From IMG/VR virus record IMGVR_UViG_3300027733_000001: 64,000 nucleotides of DNA; one strand, written 5' to 3'. This document shows positions 15,572 through 28,758 of the stretch, piece after piece (the stretch's first letter is position 1; the number at the start of each line of letters is the position of its first letter). The notes under the pieces are model-generated. The model worked only from the letters and a program-made list of their open reading frames with translations. It did not search any database and was not told the DNA's origin. The stretch is from a virus. Position numbers and translations under genes: made by a program.

Positions 15572-18500
15572 TTAAAAGCACATAGCTTTATACTCTATAA
15601 GCTCAATATCGCTTAATGGAGTCAATAGAATGGATTCATCGATCTTGTTCGCAGGCTTGTATTTTTTCGTTTTGTATATTGTTCGATAATGGTACACCCA
15701 TTTCGTCTCGATAGGACTCACTCTGTTTGTGGTGCTGCTATACAGATTTAATATTTTGTATATCTGAGCATTAGTGTAGTCTTTTAACCGCACATAGACT
15801 TTCAATATAGCTTTATCAATTTCCGGAGGTAGGTCATGAAAAGCTACATCGATATACTCTTTTTCCTTGAACTCTCTGCTTCCTAGGTTAAATCGTATCA
15901 AGTCAGTGTAGAAGTCTGCATTATCTATACATTCACGCAACAACGAGCATATCGTCGCGTATACTATACTTGCCTTAAATAGATCTTTATTACTGCTCAG
16001 GGCTAGAAACAGTAGAGGATCACTAACATTTTTCTGGATGTTTGGTTTCTCCAAGTTGTGCTTTTAAACTATTTATTGTGTCGCGCAAGGTCTGCTCTCT
16101 TTCCTTACGCATCAAGTCTTTCTCTCTGTAGACTTCTCTGAAATCGCGCATGTGTCGTGAATTGTATTCCGTCAATCCACCTATAGTGACAAGCACAAGA
16201 AGCAGACTACTTAGAAACACATACACAGCACACAGCTCCTCCAACCACATACTAGCTGCACCCAGCACAGCCATCAAACCTGTAACAACTATTAAGTATT
16301 TTTTAGTCTTCATAACGAGTTTTCCAATCTATAGGTAAAACACAAACGTATGTGTCTGTAGATCTACCAATAAGATAGATACTCACACTATTATACCATC
16401 ATTTACTAGGTTATACGTTTCTGCTTTTGCAAGTAATTGTTTTGATGTAAGTGGGACAGAGACTATGGTCGGAGTTGTTTCGAGCGTCTCGCACATGCAT
16501 TCGCAGGCGCTAATTATTTTTCTGAGGTCGTCCTGATTTTTACAGTGTTTTGAGATAATTGTAATTACAAGAGAACTATCATAGAAATTAGGAATCATAT
16601 TCGTTGTAGTTAGCTTTCGGGTACCTTCCTTCAAGGTAGTGCGCCATAGGTTCGCAGACATAACTTTCACCTCCTCCTTTTACAAGAATTCCCCCTACCC
16701 CATTATAGCTTTGTGCTTCATGCACCGCTATCAGTGCGTTCCCAGAATAGAACGCCAGCACTTCCGCCGGAGAGTTAACGAAGGCGTTCAATATATCAGC
16801 ATACAACGCCTGTTTCTTTAGCTGCGGCATAAAGAACATGTGCTTTAGCCCTATAGTATTTTTAGAGCACATGATTTTCAACGATACTCCCAGCTGCTGA
16901 GATAGGTCCAGCGCAAGCACAGGATGATTTGAGCCTAGCTCCTTGAAGTACTCTTCAGCTACTGCTTTAATTGCAGCTTTAGTAGTATTGAAATGTCTAG
17001 CTACCGCAATACAAATACCAATCTGAACTTTTGTCATTTTCTTGTTGTTTATCTACTGGTTGTTTAATGTTTACTACAGTAAGTTTCTATATATCAGGTT
17101 CTGTAGTTTTGACGTTTTTTCTGAAACAATGCGACATAGTCCGGCAACTTTTCGCCAGCCCCATCCCCACCCTAAAGGTATCAATTTACGTTTCAGTGTA
17201 GGCCATGGTTTTATACTTTCTCGCTGTCTTCTAGCTTCCCACTCGGCTGTGTGTAGTCTGTGAGCCTTATGTTTTTCCGCATTGTTCAGTTTTATTTTAT
17301 CGAGCGTACCATATATGAAGTACGCATCAAATTCCAGCCAGTAGTCCTCCTCTTCAGAGAAGGGAAGAACGTGATAGAAGTTGATTACACCGTGATGGCT
17401 CACCAGCTTGTTATATCTGTTTTTAATGACTATATCCTTTAACCCGAAGCTTAGAAAAAGCTTGCGCTTATCTTTCTTCAATTCTTGTTTTTCCTCATCA
17501 GTAAACTCCACATACTCGCGCTCCACGCACTCCTCTATAAGTAAGCCGTCTGCTGAGATTCGATACGAACCTAGACAGTTATCTAGACTTTTGGTCTGAA
17601 ACACCTCTTCTTTCCAGTCCGAGGATAAGCCTACCGCATCGTCAGGTAGAGGAAGAGGTGCACTGCATGTGATATGGTCGTACATTCCCATGGTTATTTT
17701 TCGTTGATGCTGCGCTCAAACCTTTCAAAAAATGCTTCCAGTTCTGTATCTTCATCAGTATTGAACACGATGTCGAACAGATAGTCTACAGGACTAGACG
17801 ATAGATCTGTCTCGACCTGCTTCAGATATCCTGAAAGCTCCAACTCTTTCACCAGTTGCAAAAACACATTATCGCAGTTATTTTGCAGCTCAAGTACGAT
17901 TCCTCTAGCTTTTAGAATTTTTTCTTTTTGTTCAGTGGTCAGCATATTATTACAGTAGATCTTTAATTGTTTTGTTCACCAGTTCTTCAGGCATGTTCAA
18001 ATATGTGTATTTTGTCCAAGGAAGACATCTAGGTGCCCAGCCGGCTGGAAGGTCGCCCTCATCATTTATAGGGTCTATATGGTGATGCTCAAACCCATCC
18101 ATAATGATTTCTCCTCCATGAGTACCCATGATATCTTTGACGCTTGCCTCAGCATCTTTGCTATCTTTAGCTGCGAATACGAAAGTGTATTCTACGGTTG
18201 CTTTAAATAGTTTTGGTTTATCGTTTTGCATTTATCAGTTGGTTAATTCTTTCAAGTTCGCCGTAATTGCTTAGTGTACTTAGTGCCGATATAAATCCTC
18301 GAAGAGTTTGAGAGTTATTGAACTTCCTGGCGTACGATGTGGCTCCAGGATGATATATCTGGTCAATGGGTTGCATACCTAGAATAGCTGGAGGGTTGCA
18401 GTCGTAGTTGCTGCATACAAGTGTTACTTCTCCAAACCAAGATTTATACAACCGCAAATGATCAAGCCTTCCGTGTCCTCCGATATTTCTCAATGTACAC

Positions 18501-19309
18501 AGATACGAAGCGTTACTGTTTTCTGAGACTATATCGTGTTCAGCTATGAACGCACGCCTACTATCTTCAAGTTTAGTGCGCTCTGCTTCGTTTAATTTTG
18601 AGCATATAGGATCCCGACTGAATATCTTATGCATATAATTTTGATCTTATAAGTTTATTTACAGTAGCGTTCAATTCTTCAATGCTTTGCTCAATATTTT
18701 TAAGTCTGTCTTGCAGATTACTTGTAGGTAAACCCTGTACAATACTGGACGCTTCGGCTTGATTCTGCTTACTCATGATTTGCCGCACACTATTCAATGC
18801 CCAGAAATCGACATGCAGCGCCCTATCACTGTCCACAGGACACGTATCCCAATCCCAGCCCTCAGGCACGTCATCATCTTTTTTTATTTCCTTGATACCT
18901 GCGGTGTTGTCAACTAACCACATATCATTTCTATCGATCGTAGTCATGGCGTTCAACGCGAGCTGTTCGCTATGGGCCCACACTAATGTTTTTGCACGTA
19001 ATACGTATAATTTTTTCATACGGTTTCTACTGTTGTTGTTTTGGTTATTTTTACAATTCTGTACTCCAATCTGTACTTTGCATCAGTATGAAGTTCATCA
19101 AATTTTTTGAACTTCTCTATTTTTGCGATAGCCTTTGCATATGCTGCGGCCTCGGCTCCAGGTACCTCACTACTGAATACGTATTTGCTTCTAGAGCAGC
19201 GAGAATAGTGGCCCCATTTAGGTTCAGGTACCCAATCTAACCAGGTCCTGCTCTGTACCTGAAATGATGTTTCTATCCAGTTTCTCATAGTCTTTTCATA
19301 GGTTCTCAA
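15572..19309 (-). other. Run of 10 small co-oriented hypothetical genes (15572-16054, 16023-16313, 16383-16670, 16588-17037, 17074-17691, 17694-17945, 17950-18231, 18218-18634, 18627-19019, 19016-19309)
   Basis: Tightly tiled ORFs; 17074-17691 has an MGMYD...FQTKSL motif typical of conserved phage proteins. Confidence 0.7.
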
Positions 19310-20210
19310 ATGACTTCTCCTTCATTTTGAATTCAAAGTCGATGTCTACTGTTAGCCCATATGTATCGGGCAGTTTAGTTGCATAATCAGCATGCTTCCT
19401 AGGATTCTTATCCTCAGGAATGCTCTCGCTATAGTGAAACAAGGGTACATGTGTCCATGACTCGTAGGCTAGCGATAACGCATATCTTTCTTGTGCAAAT
19501 GCCCCTGTACCTGGGTGGCACTTGTGATGGAGATAATCGAATGTGATCGGAATCTTTGGCTGGTTGAAATTATAGAACAGTTGGGATACCGTCCAGCCTG
19601 CCGGCTTGTCGTCGTTTTCGAGTACAAGCCTGGATTTTACATCTGTAGATAGTTTATCATAGTTTTTGTAGAACAAATCTCTGACTTCCTTACGAGCGTC
19701 ATCAGAACTGGCGCTTCTATTAACATGAATGTTTATAGGCGCCTCGTAGTTATGAGGACAGCCGATCCTGGTCATAAACCAGCCCTGGAAATTCAGCTCA
19801 CGAATTGTGCGTTCTACCGCCTCTTCGTTCTCACTAGCCAGTACATTGAACTGATCAGGGTGTGTACTCAGTCGTACACCTGTCTTCTCTCTTTTCTCTG
19901 CAACCGCATCCAAGGCTAGTAGTAGCTCCTTGTGCTGAGGTAAACAATACAGGTCTAGATTAGCCTTATCATAGGTAATCAGGGGAAAGACACTGCTGCT
20001 TAGCCTGTAGCAGTGGTTGTGCTGCCCACAATAGTCGATAGCTGCCTTTGTCACCCATAGATTATGTAGAATGATTTCCCCCAGCTTGAACAACGCTTCT
20101 TCTCTAGGAAGAGAACTGAATCGCTTATATGTGATTGTTTTAAACTTACAGAGTGGATCCTGATCTTCTAGAGACAGGACTATGCAGCATACGCCTTTAT
20201 TCCTTATCAT
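19296..20210 (-). CDS. uvsE: UV damage endonuclease
   Basis: YRLSSSVFP, RLSTHPDQF, INIHV, LENDDK, FDYLHH, FHYSES, HADY. Confidence 0.92.
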   Translation of the reverse strand: MIRNKGVCCIVLSLEDQDPLCKFKTITYKRFSSLPREEALFKLGEIILHNLWVTKAAIDYCGQHNHCYRLSSSVFPLITYDKANLDLYCLPQHKELLLALDAVAEKREKTGVRLSTHPDQFNVLASENEEAVERTIRELNFQGWFMTRIGCPHNYEAPINIHVNRSASSDDARKEVRDLFYKNYDKLSTDVKSRLVLENDDKPAGWTVSQLFYNFNQPKIPITFDYLHHKCHPGTGAFAQERYALSLAYESWTHVPLFHYSESIPEDKNPRKHADYATKLPDTYGLTVDIDFEFKMKEKSFENL

Positions 20211-21420
20211 TATTTTTATTTCTTTTACTATTCGCTTTCAGCCAATGATATTGCGCGACTGCTTCTTCGGTAGTAGGATGCCTCTTCTTTAGCTTGGCTA
20301 TCAGTTCTGCCGCTTCCATTGCTAGTGTGACGGTGACATGCTCACCTACACAAACCCCATCCTCTTCTGTTGCTCCTGGGAAGTTAGCCTGATCGTCTTT
20401 AAACAAGGGGTAGCCTAGAGCCTTGCCTAGAATCTGGTCGACCTCTGCAAACTCTTTCAGCATTCTAGCGATCTTTTCTTCAAGGGCTTGTATCCTCAAT
20501 GCTGCTATCCCTTCTTCTAGCTCACTCATCAGATTTCTTTGCATTTTTAAGTTTGTGATGTGCTTCGATAGCATCCTCTGCACGCATAATCTCTTTGTCG
20601 TATCTGTTGTATCCCTTGCCCCATGTACTTAGGTGTGCTAAAAATTCATGAGCATAGTCTACAAGATCGTCTGCACACTTTTCCCAGGCAGCTAGTTTAG
20701 CCTGAAGCTCTTCTATCTCTTTGGTGAGACACAGAATAGCGTCTTTGTCTGTCTGTTTGATTTCAACGTCCATCTTTGTGTGTTGGGTTTGAATTGTTCT
20801 CATGAAGCATACTGAGTTCCTCTAGCTCATTTTCAAGAGTCTCTATATGCTCTCGTAGACTGTGTATAAGCTCGGCGTCACTATCTAGCATAACCTGTAT
20901 ACTTTGTTCGATAATTGAGGCAACTATCTCTACCATCTCTGGTACCTCCAGATACTCTCGATAGCCTGCCTCATCATTTACCTCTTTGATCTTCTCTCGA
21001 ACCAGAGTATCGAGCTTGGTTCTATTGAATTGCATATTCGTTCTCCAGTCTAGTTACAGCTTCTTCTGTGATCTTAACAACAGCGGCTGAGGCGATATTA
21101 GAAGTCTGCTTGAAGATAGCTTTGATCTTCATTTCGGCTGCCGCCTTCGAAGCAAACCTTACAGGTCTACTATAGTCGTCACTATAGTCCCAACTGTCTA
21201 CTGTGTCAGACAATCTGGCTAGATAGTATGTTTTCTTACTCATTGTGTTCGGTGATATATTTAAACTTAGGGCAGCCAGAAGGGTAGCTAGTGTAATAAG
21301 CCACTCCTGCCTTTACTGCATCTCGCCTTTCATTGGATGCACCGATACCTACACCAATAATAACAAACACGATACACGCTACTATAAGAATTACAGGTAT
21401 TATGATGTCGTCTTTCATAG

Positions 21421-21753
21421 TTATTCAATATCCTCGTGTGTCCATTTTCCATCTACAAATCTGTAGATATACTCGCACCAGTTATTGTCGGCAGCCTTCT
21501 GGAGCTTCCCATGAGGCATACCGCACCAGTTCTTGAGCTCTTCTCCACGCTTAGTATAGAACTCACATTTGTCAATTTCAGGGGCAAGCATAGTCATGCT
21601 GCCTCTGCTGATCAGTGCCCTGATCTTTTCAGGATCAGTATAGTGATCTTCCAACTTCCTTCCTACTCCTTCAGGATAGCCATCGAAATGGCAATATACT
21701 GCGTCATAGGTACCGTCAGGGTTTTCGATTGATATAAGTGAACGTGTTGCCAT
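21421..21753 (-). CDS. Conserved phage protein (YCHxDGYP family)
   Basis: MATRSLI...VYCHFDGYPEGVG. Confidence 0.65.
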   Translation of the reverse strand: MATRSLISIENPDGTYDAVYCHFDGYPEGVGRKLEDHYTDPEKIRALISRGSMTMLAPEIDKCEFYTKRGEELKNWCGMPHGKLQKAADNNWCEYIYRFVDGKWTHEDIE

Positions 21754-21760
21754 ATTTTTA

Positions 21761-22051
21761 TTATTCTTTCCATTTACCTAGTGTTCGGAGGAACGCCTCC
21801 GCACGTTGCCGGGCCGAGGCACGAAAGCTAAGTGCCCCACTGTATGGTAAATTATACGCCATAGTCCAAAGGTCGTGTGCTAATAGGGTTGTTTCTGCCT
21901 CATACATCGCGTTGAGGTCCGTGCAGTAGTTTGGAATAAACTCACTGCCTACATAGCTGGCACCTGGTGCCCTACCCGACCTATGGGTTACGTTTACCTC
22001 TGTCCACCCACAAGACTCAGCAATACTCGCATTGATTTCGTCGTCTGTCAT
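21761..22051 (-). CDS. Phage ABA-sandwich/DUF2591-like protein
   Basis: INASIAESCGW...PNYCTDLNAM...ARQRAEAFL. Confidence 0.55.
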   Translation of the reverse strand: MTDDEINASIAESCGWTEVNVTHRSGRAPGASYVGSEFIPNYCTDLNAMYEAETTLLAHDLWTMAYNLPYSGALSFRASARQRAEAFLRTLGKWKE

Positions 22052-24254
22052 ACTCGGATTGGTTGTCTAGTTTTCTCTTTACCGTTGATGAGGAAGATTT
22101 GTTCCTCAGTTTTAGGGTCGTACTTCACAATGAAGTTATACTCTTTGTCTTTATCTAGCGCATGTCCATCGCTACCATATCTAGGAGGGGTTTCGAGACA
22201 AACCTGTCCGTCATACTTTCTCCATTCAGCTTCATCTAGAGGAAATTCCTGGAAGTCGCTGAAATACTTACCATCTCCACAGCTGAATTCGATGTCGAAG
22301 GCTTTTTCTACCGCCTCGACACATCCCAGCAATTTTACCAGCCCATCATATGCCCACTGGAAGTAGTGAGACTTGGATACTGGGAAACCAATATAGGCGT
22401 CATAGTGTGTATGCATAATGCTTAAACTTTCGCTACTGACTCTTTAATGATATAATCTCGTTTAACTAGCCTGAATATAAATTCGCCACCTTGGTCTACA
22501 TAATGTTTATCAAAGATCTTCAAGGCTTCTTCTAATGTGTCCGCATACTCTGTACCGGAACTATGCCAGTCGTACCACACTGAGTCACTAAACGATTTAT
22601 ATCTAGCTTGCACCACATATTTGGGGTATTTATTTTCCATATTGGTTTAAAGAAAACGCTTACATATAAATTCACCAAACATAACTCCAGCTATACAACT
22701 CAAACACACTGTAATAAATGAAACTCCAAAAATTACAGTGAATAATACAACGTCAATCACCAAACTTAGATCATTTTCCATAGTCTAGGTCTTCACTAGT
22801 CATTTTATAGTTATCGTCAGAGCTGGTTTCTTCTCCTGTTTCAGGATCCAGGGTAGCTATCTCCACTTCTATACCCAGCTTATCAAGTACCCTGATTAGT
22901 ATGTTCTCTGTACTGGCGTCTGGTCCGTCGAATATTTCCTTTCCGTCTAGTGTCCAGGTTTCGCCATGCCAGCTGCAACAGCTGTCACCACACTCATAGT
23001 AATACTCACGCTTTGTTATCTTGTGCTTCATCTAGGTGTACCTGCTTGAGTTCCGAAGTGCGGCTAGCGCATTTGTTCTCCTGCTCTCGCACTTCTTGTG
23101 TTGTCAACTCCGAGGGATACTTGAAAAAGCCTAGAGCATATTCAACGTCTCCTGTTTCAACTAGCTCCACCCCACACCAGCTACTTGCCAGATGTAGTCG
23201 AGCTACTGTGTATTCTTTTCCTTCCTCAAGATGCTTTTCAGCATTCTCGATGATATTAGTGAACCAAAAGGCTTTGTTAGCGCCTTTGTAGGTTATCTTG
23301 CTTCCAATCTTGGGCCACATTTTCATATTATTCTTCTTTTTTTAGTTTCCTTGTCGAATAACGTACTTTGATTTCTGCTGTAAGCTCGAAATCTTTGAGG
23401 CAGTGTTCGCACTCATACTCCATTGGTGCTCCGTTAAGATCACACATCTGAAGGTTATTATCATAGTCAGTGCCTCCACAATATGGGCAAACTATCCTGT
23501 CTGTGGCTATTGTGTCGAATTCACTACTCATACATATTTCTCCATGCATGTTCATGATTTCGTGGGCCCTGATCCAGCATTGAGCCTGCATGAGGTTGTC
23601 TTGCTCTTCGACGGTCTCTTGATCTCCGTCAAGAGCGTACAATTCTCCATGATATGCGTCGGTGTTGCCACTAAACCAATAGCTGTATCCGTAGCCGTTA
23701 GGAAAATGATACGTGGTTATGTTCCTTCTTCCATTAGGTGGACCAGGGAAACTAAACTTGGCTAACTCAGCCATCCCTTCATCCTTGAGAAGCTCTTGCT
23801 GCTCTTCCGGAAGACTGTTGATATAGTTTAAAGTGTCTTCAATGGTGTGTTTCATATTATTCAGTAATCCAGTGAAATGTTACTGACCCGCTTTCCCAGT
23901 AGGCCACATTAGCTTTAACCGCTTCCCTTTGCATTTGAGCTGCACCACTTATCCAACCGACAAAATACATAGCGAACAGTGCGAAGGCGACACAAATTAT
24001 ACGTGTTAAACTTTCTGTTTCCATACTATTATTTAATTGTTGAGTAGATGCCTACTTCTTTGGTTACTCTATAGATCAATCGTGCGTCTCGCCTATCAAG
24101 CATATGATGGTGAGGTCTGGCTACCATATCCTCATATTGTTTAACCGACTTTTCAGCATTATTGAAAATCATATAGTCTCTCCAATCGCTGTTCTTCCGC
24201 TTAGACTTTACCTGAATGATGTGAGCTTCTTCGTTAATTACGTCCATAGTGATT

Positions 24255-24297
24255 AAAAAATGAGGGGTAGTTAAAGTTTGGTTTTAACTACCCCTCA
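24255..24297 (-). terminator. Intrinsic terminator, perfect 15-bp stem
   Basis: TGAGGGGTAGTTAAA-GTTTGGT-TTTAACTACCCCTCA with an A6 run on the plus side. Confidence 0.85.
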
Positions 24298-27173
24298 GGT
24301 TTTAGATATTAAGGCTCGTCGCTATATCGAACCTCTTCATCTTCGTCGAGTTTTCGACAAGTATATTTCTTCTTCATCTTCTTAGCATGATCGCTCCAGG
24401 GTCTGGGTCCCAAGGCATCCAGCCATGCCGCTTCTTCTGTAGCACCACTTCCAATAGTGCAGCTCCTGAACATGTTTACTCCACTCTGTCCTTCAATTAC
24501 GTACATACTATTCGTCGTCTGTTGAGATTAGTTCGTTGTTCTCCAAATCATATAACCGATATTCTGCGCTCTTCCCTCGAGTGGTATGCTCTTCAATAGG
24601 TGTGAGCAATTCTCCATCATATCTTACACCTGTGACGAAATAGATCTCGTTGTCCATACCATCTGTGATGTGGTCGAAATCAATCAGGAATTTCTCAGGA
24701 TCGAAGTTTTCAGTCTCGAACCGATAATCGTTATATATTCCTCTTTGAATATCTAGTCCTAGAAATATGAACGGATGGTCGTCAGCCAGGTCACTCAAAC
24801 GTAGGCGCATTTCATATGTTCCAGGCAGCTCATACTCTCCATCTTCTCCATCCTCGACGAGTGCTCCGACAAATATTTCTTCGTCAGCTTCATCTTTCAC
24901 TGAGATGTAAGAACCTTGAGAGAAGAAAGGCCCGAACATATATAGAATATCGTCCGGTGGATTGTCCCTATCCAGCTCATCTGCGATATCTTTTGGAGCT
25001 TCCTCATCATGGTTCATATAATCCATGAGACTGTGGGTTTGAAAGTATTTGAATACTTTCTCTGATACTGCTCCAACACTGAGTGCTCCTCCTAGTCCTG
25101 ATATTGTTGCTGTGTATTTCATTTTGCTATTACTCCAAATAATAATATTGCCGACACTGTACCCGCAAACGCGGCTATGAATGCTCCAACAAAAAGCAGA
25201 CTATATCGAAGTGCTGGCATATCTGTGGAAAATAATTTCAGTGAACAGCATTTTTCTTTTTCTTCCATTTTGTTATCTGTAACTTGTTATGTTTTTTACT
25301 ATTTCTTCTGCGGTTTTTTTCGAGATTACAGGCTCGAAGTCCTGGTTCTCTGTATAGTTGTATCCTGCTAGCTCGCAGGCTTTCTTTACATCTACCTGAC
25401 ACAGACAGCTCTCAGGGATGAGTTGCCCGTAGTTGTTGTCTACAGGCAACTGTTTCACTGCTAGTCCCAGCATCTCTGCCAGCTCTCTAGGGTTGTCTGT
25501 ACTCTCTTTGGTATCTGTGTTGTACACCCGTATACACATATTAGCTAGCTTCTGGCGTTACAGCCGCACATTCTTCAGGGATAGCTGGATAGCTGCGATA
25601 TTCCCACCACTCACTACCATCATATTCGGCCCGCTCTAACCAGCTTTCATTGCTGAGCCACACGGTACCGAACAGTTCCTGTGACCCATAACCACTGTGA
25701 TAGTAGAAGTCGAGTTTATCCAAAAACTGGCTCCAGTCGTCTGCTGTGTAGCCGCACTTCAACACAATCTCTGTCTCGTGCTGGTAGTTCCTGTAGTGGC
25801 GGATCTGGGCACATCTAACCTTATCCAGCCTACCGTTCCTTTGTAGCACTCCAAGCAGCTCGTCTTTAGCGTGCATGTCTTTTTTAAAACTCATGAGGTT
25901 ATTTTGTTGTCGGTTCGGTAGCTAGCTCGAGAGATACCGTCTCAATTTTATTGTTTCGGTGGTTTTTGTTTTGAATGTTAACATAGCACATTACAACAAT
26001 AAGCATTGTAAGCACCAGTATGACTAGAGATGCTCCGCTTTGGTCGTCTTTACTCATACTACTCTTTGATTTGCTTGTAGAAAGCTACTCCTTTAGGGAA
26101 TGTTAACGGAGTGAACCAAGGACCGTCAAACCCATCTAATTGAATCTTTAAAAACTTATAGTCTATGTCGTGCAATGTTCTAAGAATAGTTTGACCCGAT
26201 CCAGGGAAGTTAAGATCAGGCCAATCGATCTTAGAGTTTTTCAAGACTACCTTGCCGCTAATTACTAGTATTGTGTCCATTGTCTATTAGTTCTATAAAT
26301 GCTGGGGTGTTCTCCCCGACATATGCTCCGATTACGTTAAACTCGAAATATTCGTGAGCATCTTCCTCACTCATATCTCGCATCAATATCTCTATACATT
26401 TCTGCCTGTCATATACAGCCATTACTCTGTCGAATTGTGTAGCGACTCCAATGAAAGCTTCGCTAAACCCTACAGGTAATAGTATCTCTGTATCTGGATA
26501 GTTTTCAACAATCCAATCATCTACTCTAGATATTGTGGTGGTGATCATTTCGTCAGGCTCACCGATATGATCTGCGTCATTATTCATTATTTTCTTCCTC
26601 CTCAAATAGTCTTGCATCGGCTTCGGAGTCCAGGCGATCCATTTCTTTCTCTTCCTCTCCACCACTAAACATATCAGTCCACTCCTGCTCAGTAATGCCT
26701 GTCTTTATAAACTCTCTTTGCCCTGCGGAAAGATTAGGGAAAGCGTTCTGGAGAAGCGCTCCACCATAATACTTTTCCAGCTGCTCTTCGGTTACAGGCA
26801 ACTCCATTGTGTTAGTGTTGCCGCTGATCATTGATACTCTGGTAATTCTCATATGTATAGTTGTTTAATCTCTGTGGTCTTTCCAGCTGTCGTCTAAATT
26901 ACTTAATACATCAGGATACCTGCTCACTATCTCATCTTCAATTTGTTCAACTATGTGTATTTTTTCTTGAGCAGTTGCTTTGAGCATTTTTCTAAGGCAA
27001 GTATCACACAGCATATATGTGCACACTAGTTTAGAATAATAAAACCACGGACATATTGCCATGCTGCTCGTAGCATGCTTCTTATCACACATCAGACACC
27101 AACATTTGTTATGTCCAGTTATATTAACCGCCTTTTCCTGCAACTGCACTTCAGCTGTTACGTCTCGCATATT

Positions 27174-28301
27174 CTAGATATTTACTTCCTCAAGATTTCT
27201 TGTTCTTATCTTAATTGTGTTATTGAATCGAGGGATACCATCACTGCTTAGATTCTGATACTTTACAGTTGCCTGCAAACCCAGGATATCCTCACGACGA
27301 GTCCATAATCTCTGTTGATATTCGATACCTCCTACAGGGACAGAGTCGAATTCTTTACCGTCAGGCATAGAGAGCCGTAGGATAATGCAGCCTTCACGGC
27401 TACCTTTACCTTCCTTGTAACCTACGATTTCATACTCGTTCTCGTGGAAATCTTTCCGCTTGAGTAGGTCTTTCGTACGCTTGTGCTGATACAAACTATC
27501 CCAGGTCCTGATCATTTGACCCTCGTAACCCTCACTCATGTACTCTTGATAAGCTTTATCTAGCTCTTCTTGGTTCTGCGCACAGAGAGTCGTAACAGCA
27601 CAGATATAAGGGCTGTTAATTTCTCGAACGAGTAGATTGTAATCAGCCCGCCGTTGTTGGAAGCCGAGCTCTTCTTTTGTGATGATGTCGTACACATGGT
27701 ACTGTACCGACTTCTTACATTTTTCAATATCCGCCAGTGAGGCTTTTGGTTGCTTAACAATACTCACAATTTCCTCGAACTTATCTTTGAGTTCGTGTGA
27801 GTACATCTCTCCGTCAAACGCAATAAGCCCAGGATATTTATCGAAAGCAGACTGCGCGGCTTCACGAATATGCTCCAGTGTACTAAACGGTTTCCACTGT
27901 CTACTGAATACACCATGACGGGTAACAATACATCTTAGCCCATCCAGCTTTGGCTGGTTATATACAGGGAATTTAATCTTATCCTGATAATCACTATAGT
28001 CTTTAGCGAGCATAGGATTATAGCGGAGAGGGTTCGCTCCATCCAAAGCATCGACATCTTCAATATACCCCTCGTCACGCTTTTTTTGCCACTTAGCTCT
28101 GGCCTCTTTCTCTGCCTGCTGCTCGGGGGTAGTCTCGTTAGCGTTCCCTACGTTTTTATTAAAGCACTTCGTAGGTGCGTTGGTGATTTTCTTTCCGTCT
28201 ACCTGTCCGCTGATTGTATGATATTCATTTTTATTCACGAATATCTGCCACTCTTGAATGGCTCCTGTGCTTGTTATTTTGAATAGTTTCGGCAGTTCCA
28301 T
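27174..28301 (-). CDS. ATP-dependent DNA ligase with WGR-like N-terminal domain
   Basis: Motif I QPKLDGLRC, III FDGEMY, IIIa YHVYDI, IV EGYEGQMIR, V LLKRKD; C-terminal OB fold. Confidence 0.93.
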   Translation of the reverse strand: MELPKLFKITSTGAIQEWQIFVNKNEYHTISGQVDGKKITNAPTKCFNKNVGNANETTPEQQAEKEARAKWQKKRDEGYIEDVDALDGANPLRYNPMLAKDYSDYQDKIKFPVYNQPKLDGLRCIVTRHGVFSRQWKPFSTLEHIREAAQSAFDKYPGLIAFDGEMYSHELKDKFEEIVSIVKQPKASLADIEKCKKSVQYHVYDIITKEELGFQQRRADYNLLVREINSPYICAVTTLCAQNQEELDKAYQEYMSEGYEGQMIRTWDSLYQHKRTKDLLKRKDFHENEYEIVGYKEGKGSREGCIILRLSMPDGKEFDSVPVGGIEYQQRLWTRREDILGLQATVKYQNLSSDGIPRFNNTIKIRTRNLEEVNI

Positions 28302-28360
28302 ATTACTTGCGTGTTCTAGTAACTGTTACGTTACCGCTTTTGATTGTCTTTACTCGCTGG

Positions 28361-28756
28361 CTAGTTGTTTTTTTCATTAGATGTCTTTCTATATGTGATT
28401 TCGTCGTAGAATAGTTTTCTGACTTCGTCTGTTATCTGATACTGTGTCTCAAGAATCGCAGCGATGTGATCGTCTGTAAGATCTTTCAACTTCTTTCTGA
28501 TCCGCTCATTATTAGCATCTGTTCTGTTTGTACCCCACGTAAAAGCCTCACGTTTCAGCTCGTGACTATCGTCTGTGTATACAAAAGCATCAGTAGCAGG
28601 AATATTATTCAAGCTGCGTCGAACATAATCCAGACCACCGTCAATGCTGTATGTCTCGCCATTAGCATCAACATGAGATCGGTAATCATGTCTATGTGTA
28701 GACTGTAATCTTGTACCATCGGGGGTAATTATTGCACTAACTAGTAATGTTCTCAT
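28361..28756 (-). CDS. Conserved phage hypothetical protein
   Basis: TPDGTRLQSTHRHDY...IDGGLDYVRR. Confidence 0.7.
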   Translation of the reverse strand: MRTLLVSAIITPDGTRLQSTHRHDYRSHVDANGETYSIDGGLDYVRRSLNNIPATDAFVYTDDSHELKREAFTWGTNRTDANNERIRKKLKDLTDDHIAAILETQYQITDEVRKLFYDEITYRKTSNEKNN

Positions 28757-28758
28757 AA

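Larger units (their letters stand above)
20197..27170 (-). other. Run of about 23 small hypothetical genes, including four ORFs under 60 aa not in the track (22647-22781, 23857-24024, 25119-25268, 25899-26057)
   Basis: Tiled minus-strand ORFs, several with a TM helix or Cys pairs; typical phage accessory region. Confidence 0.7.
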
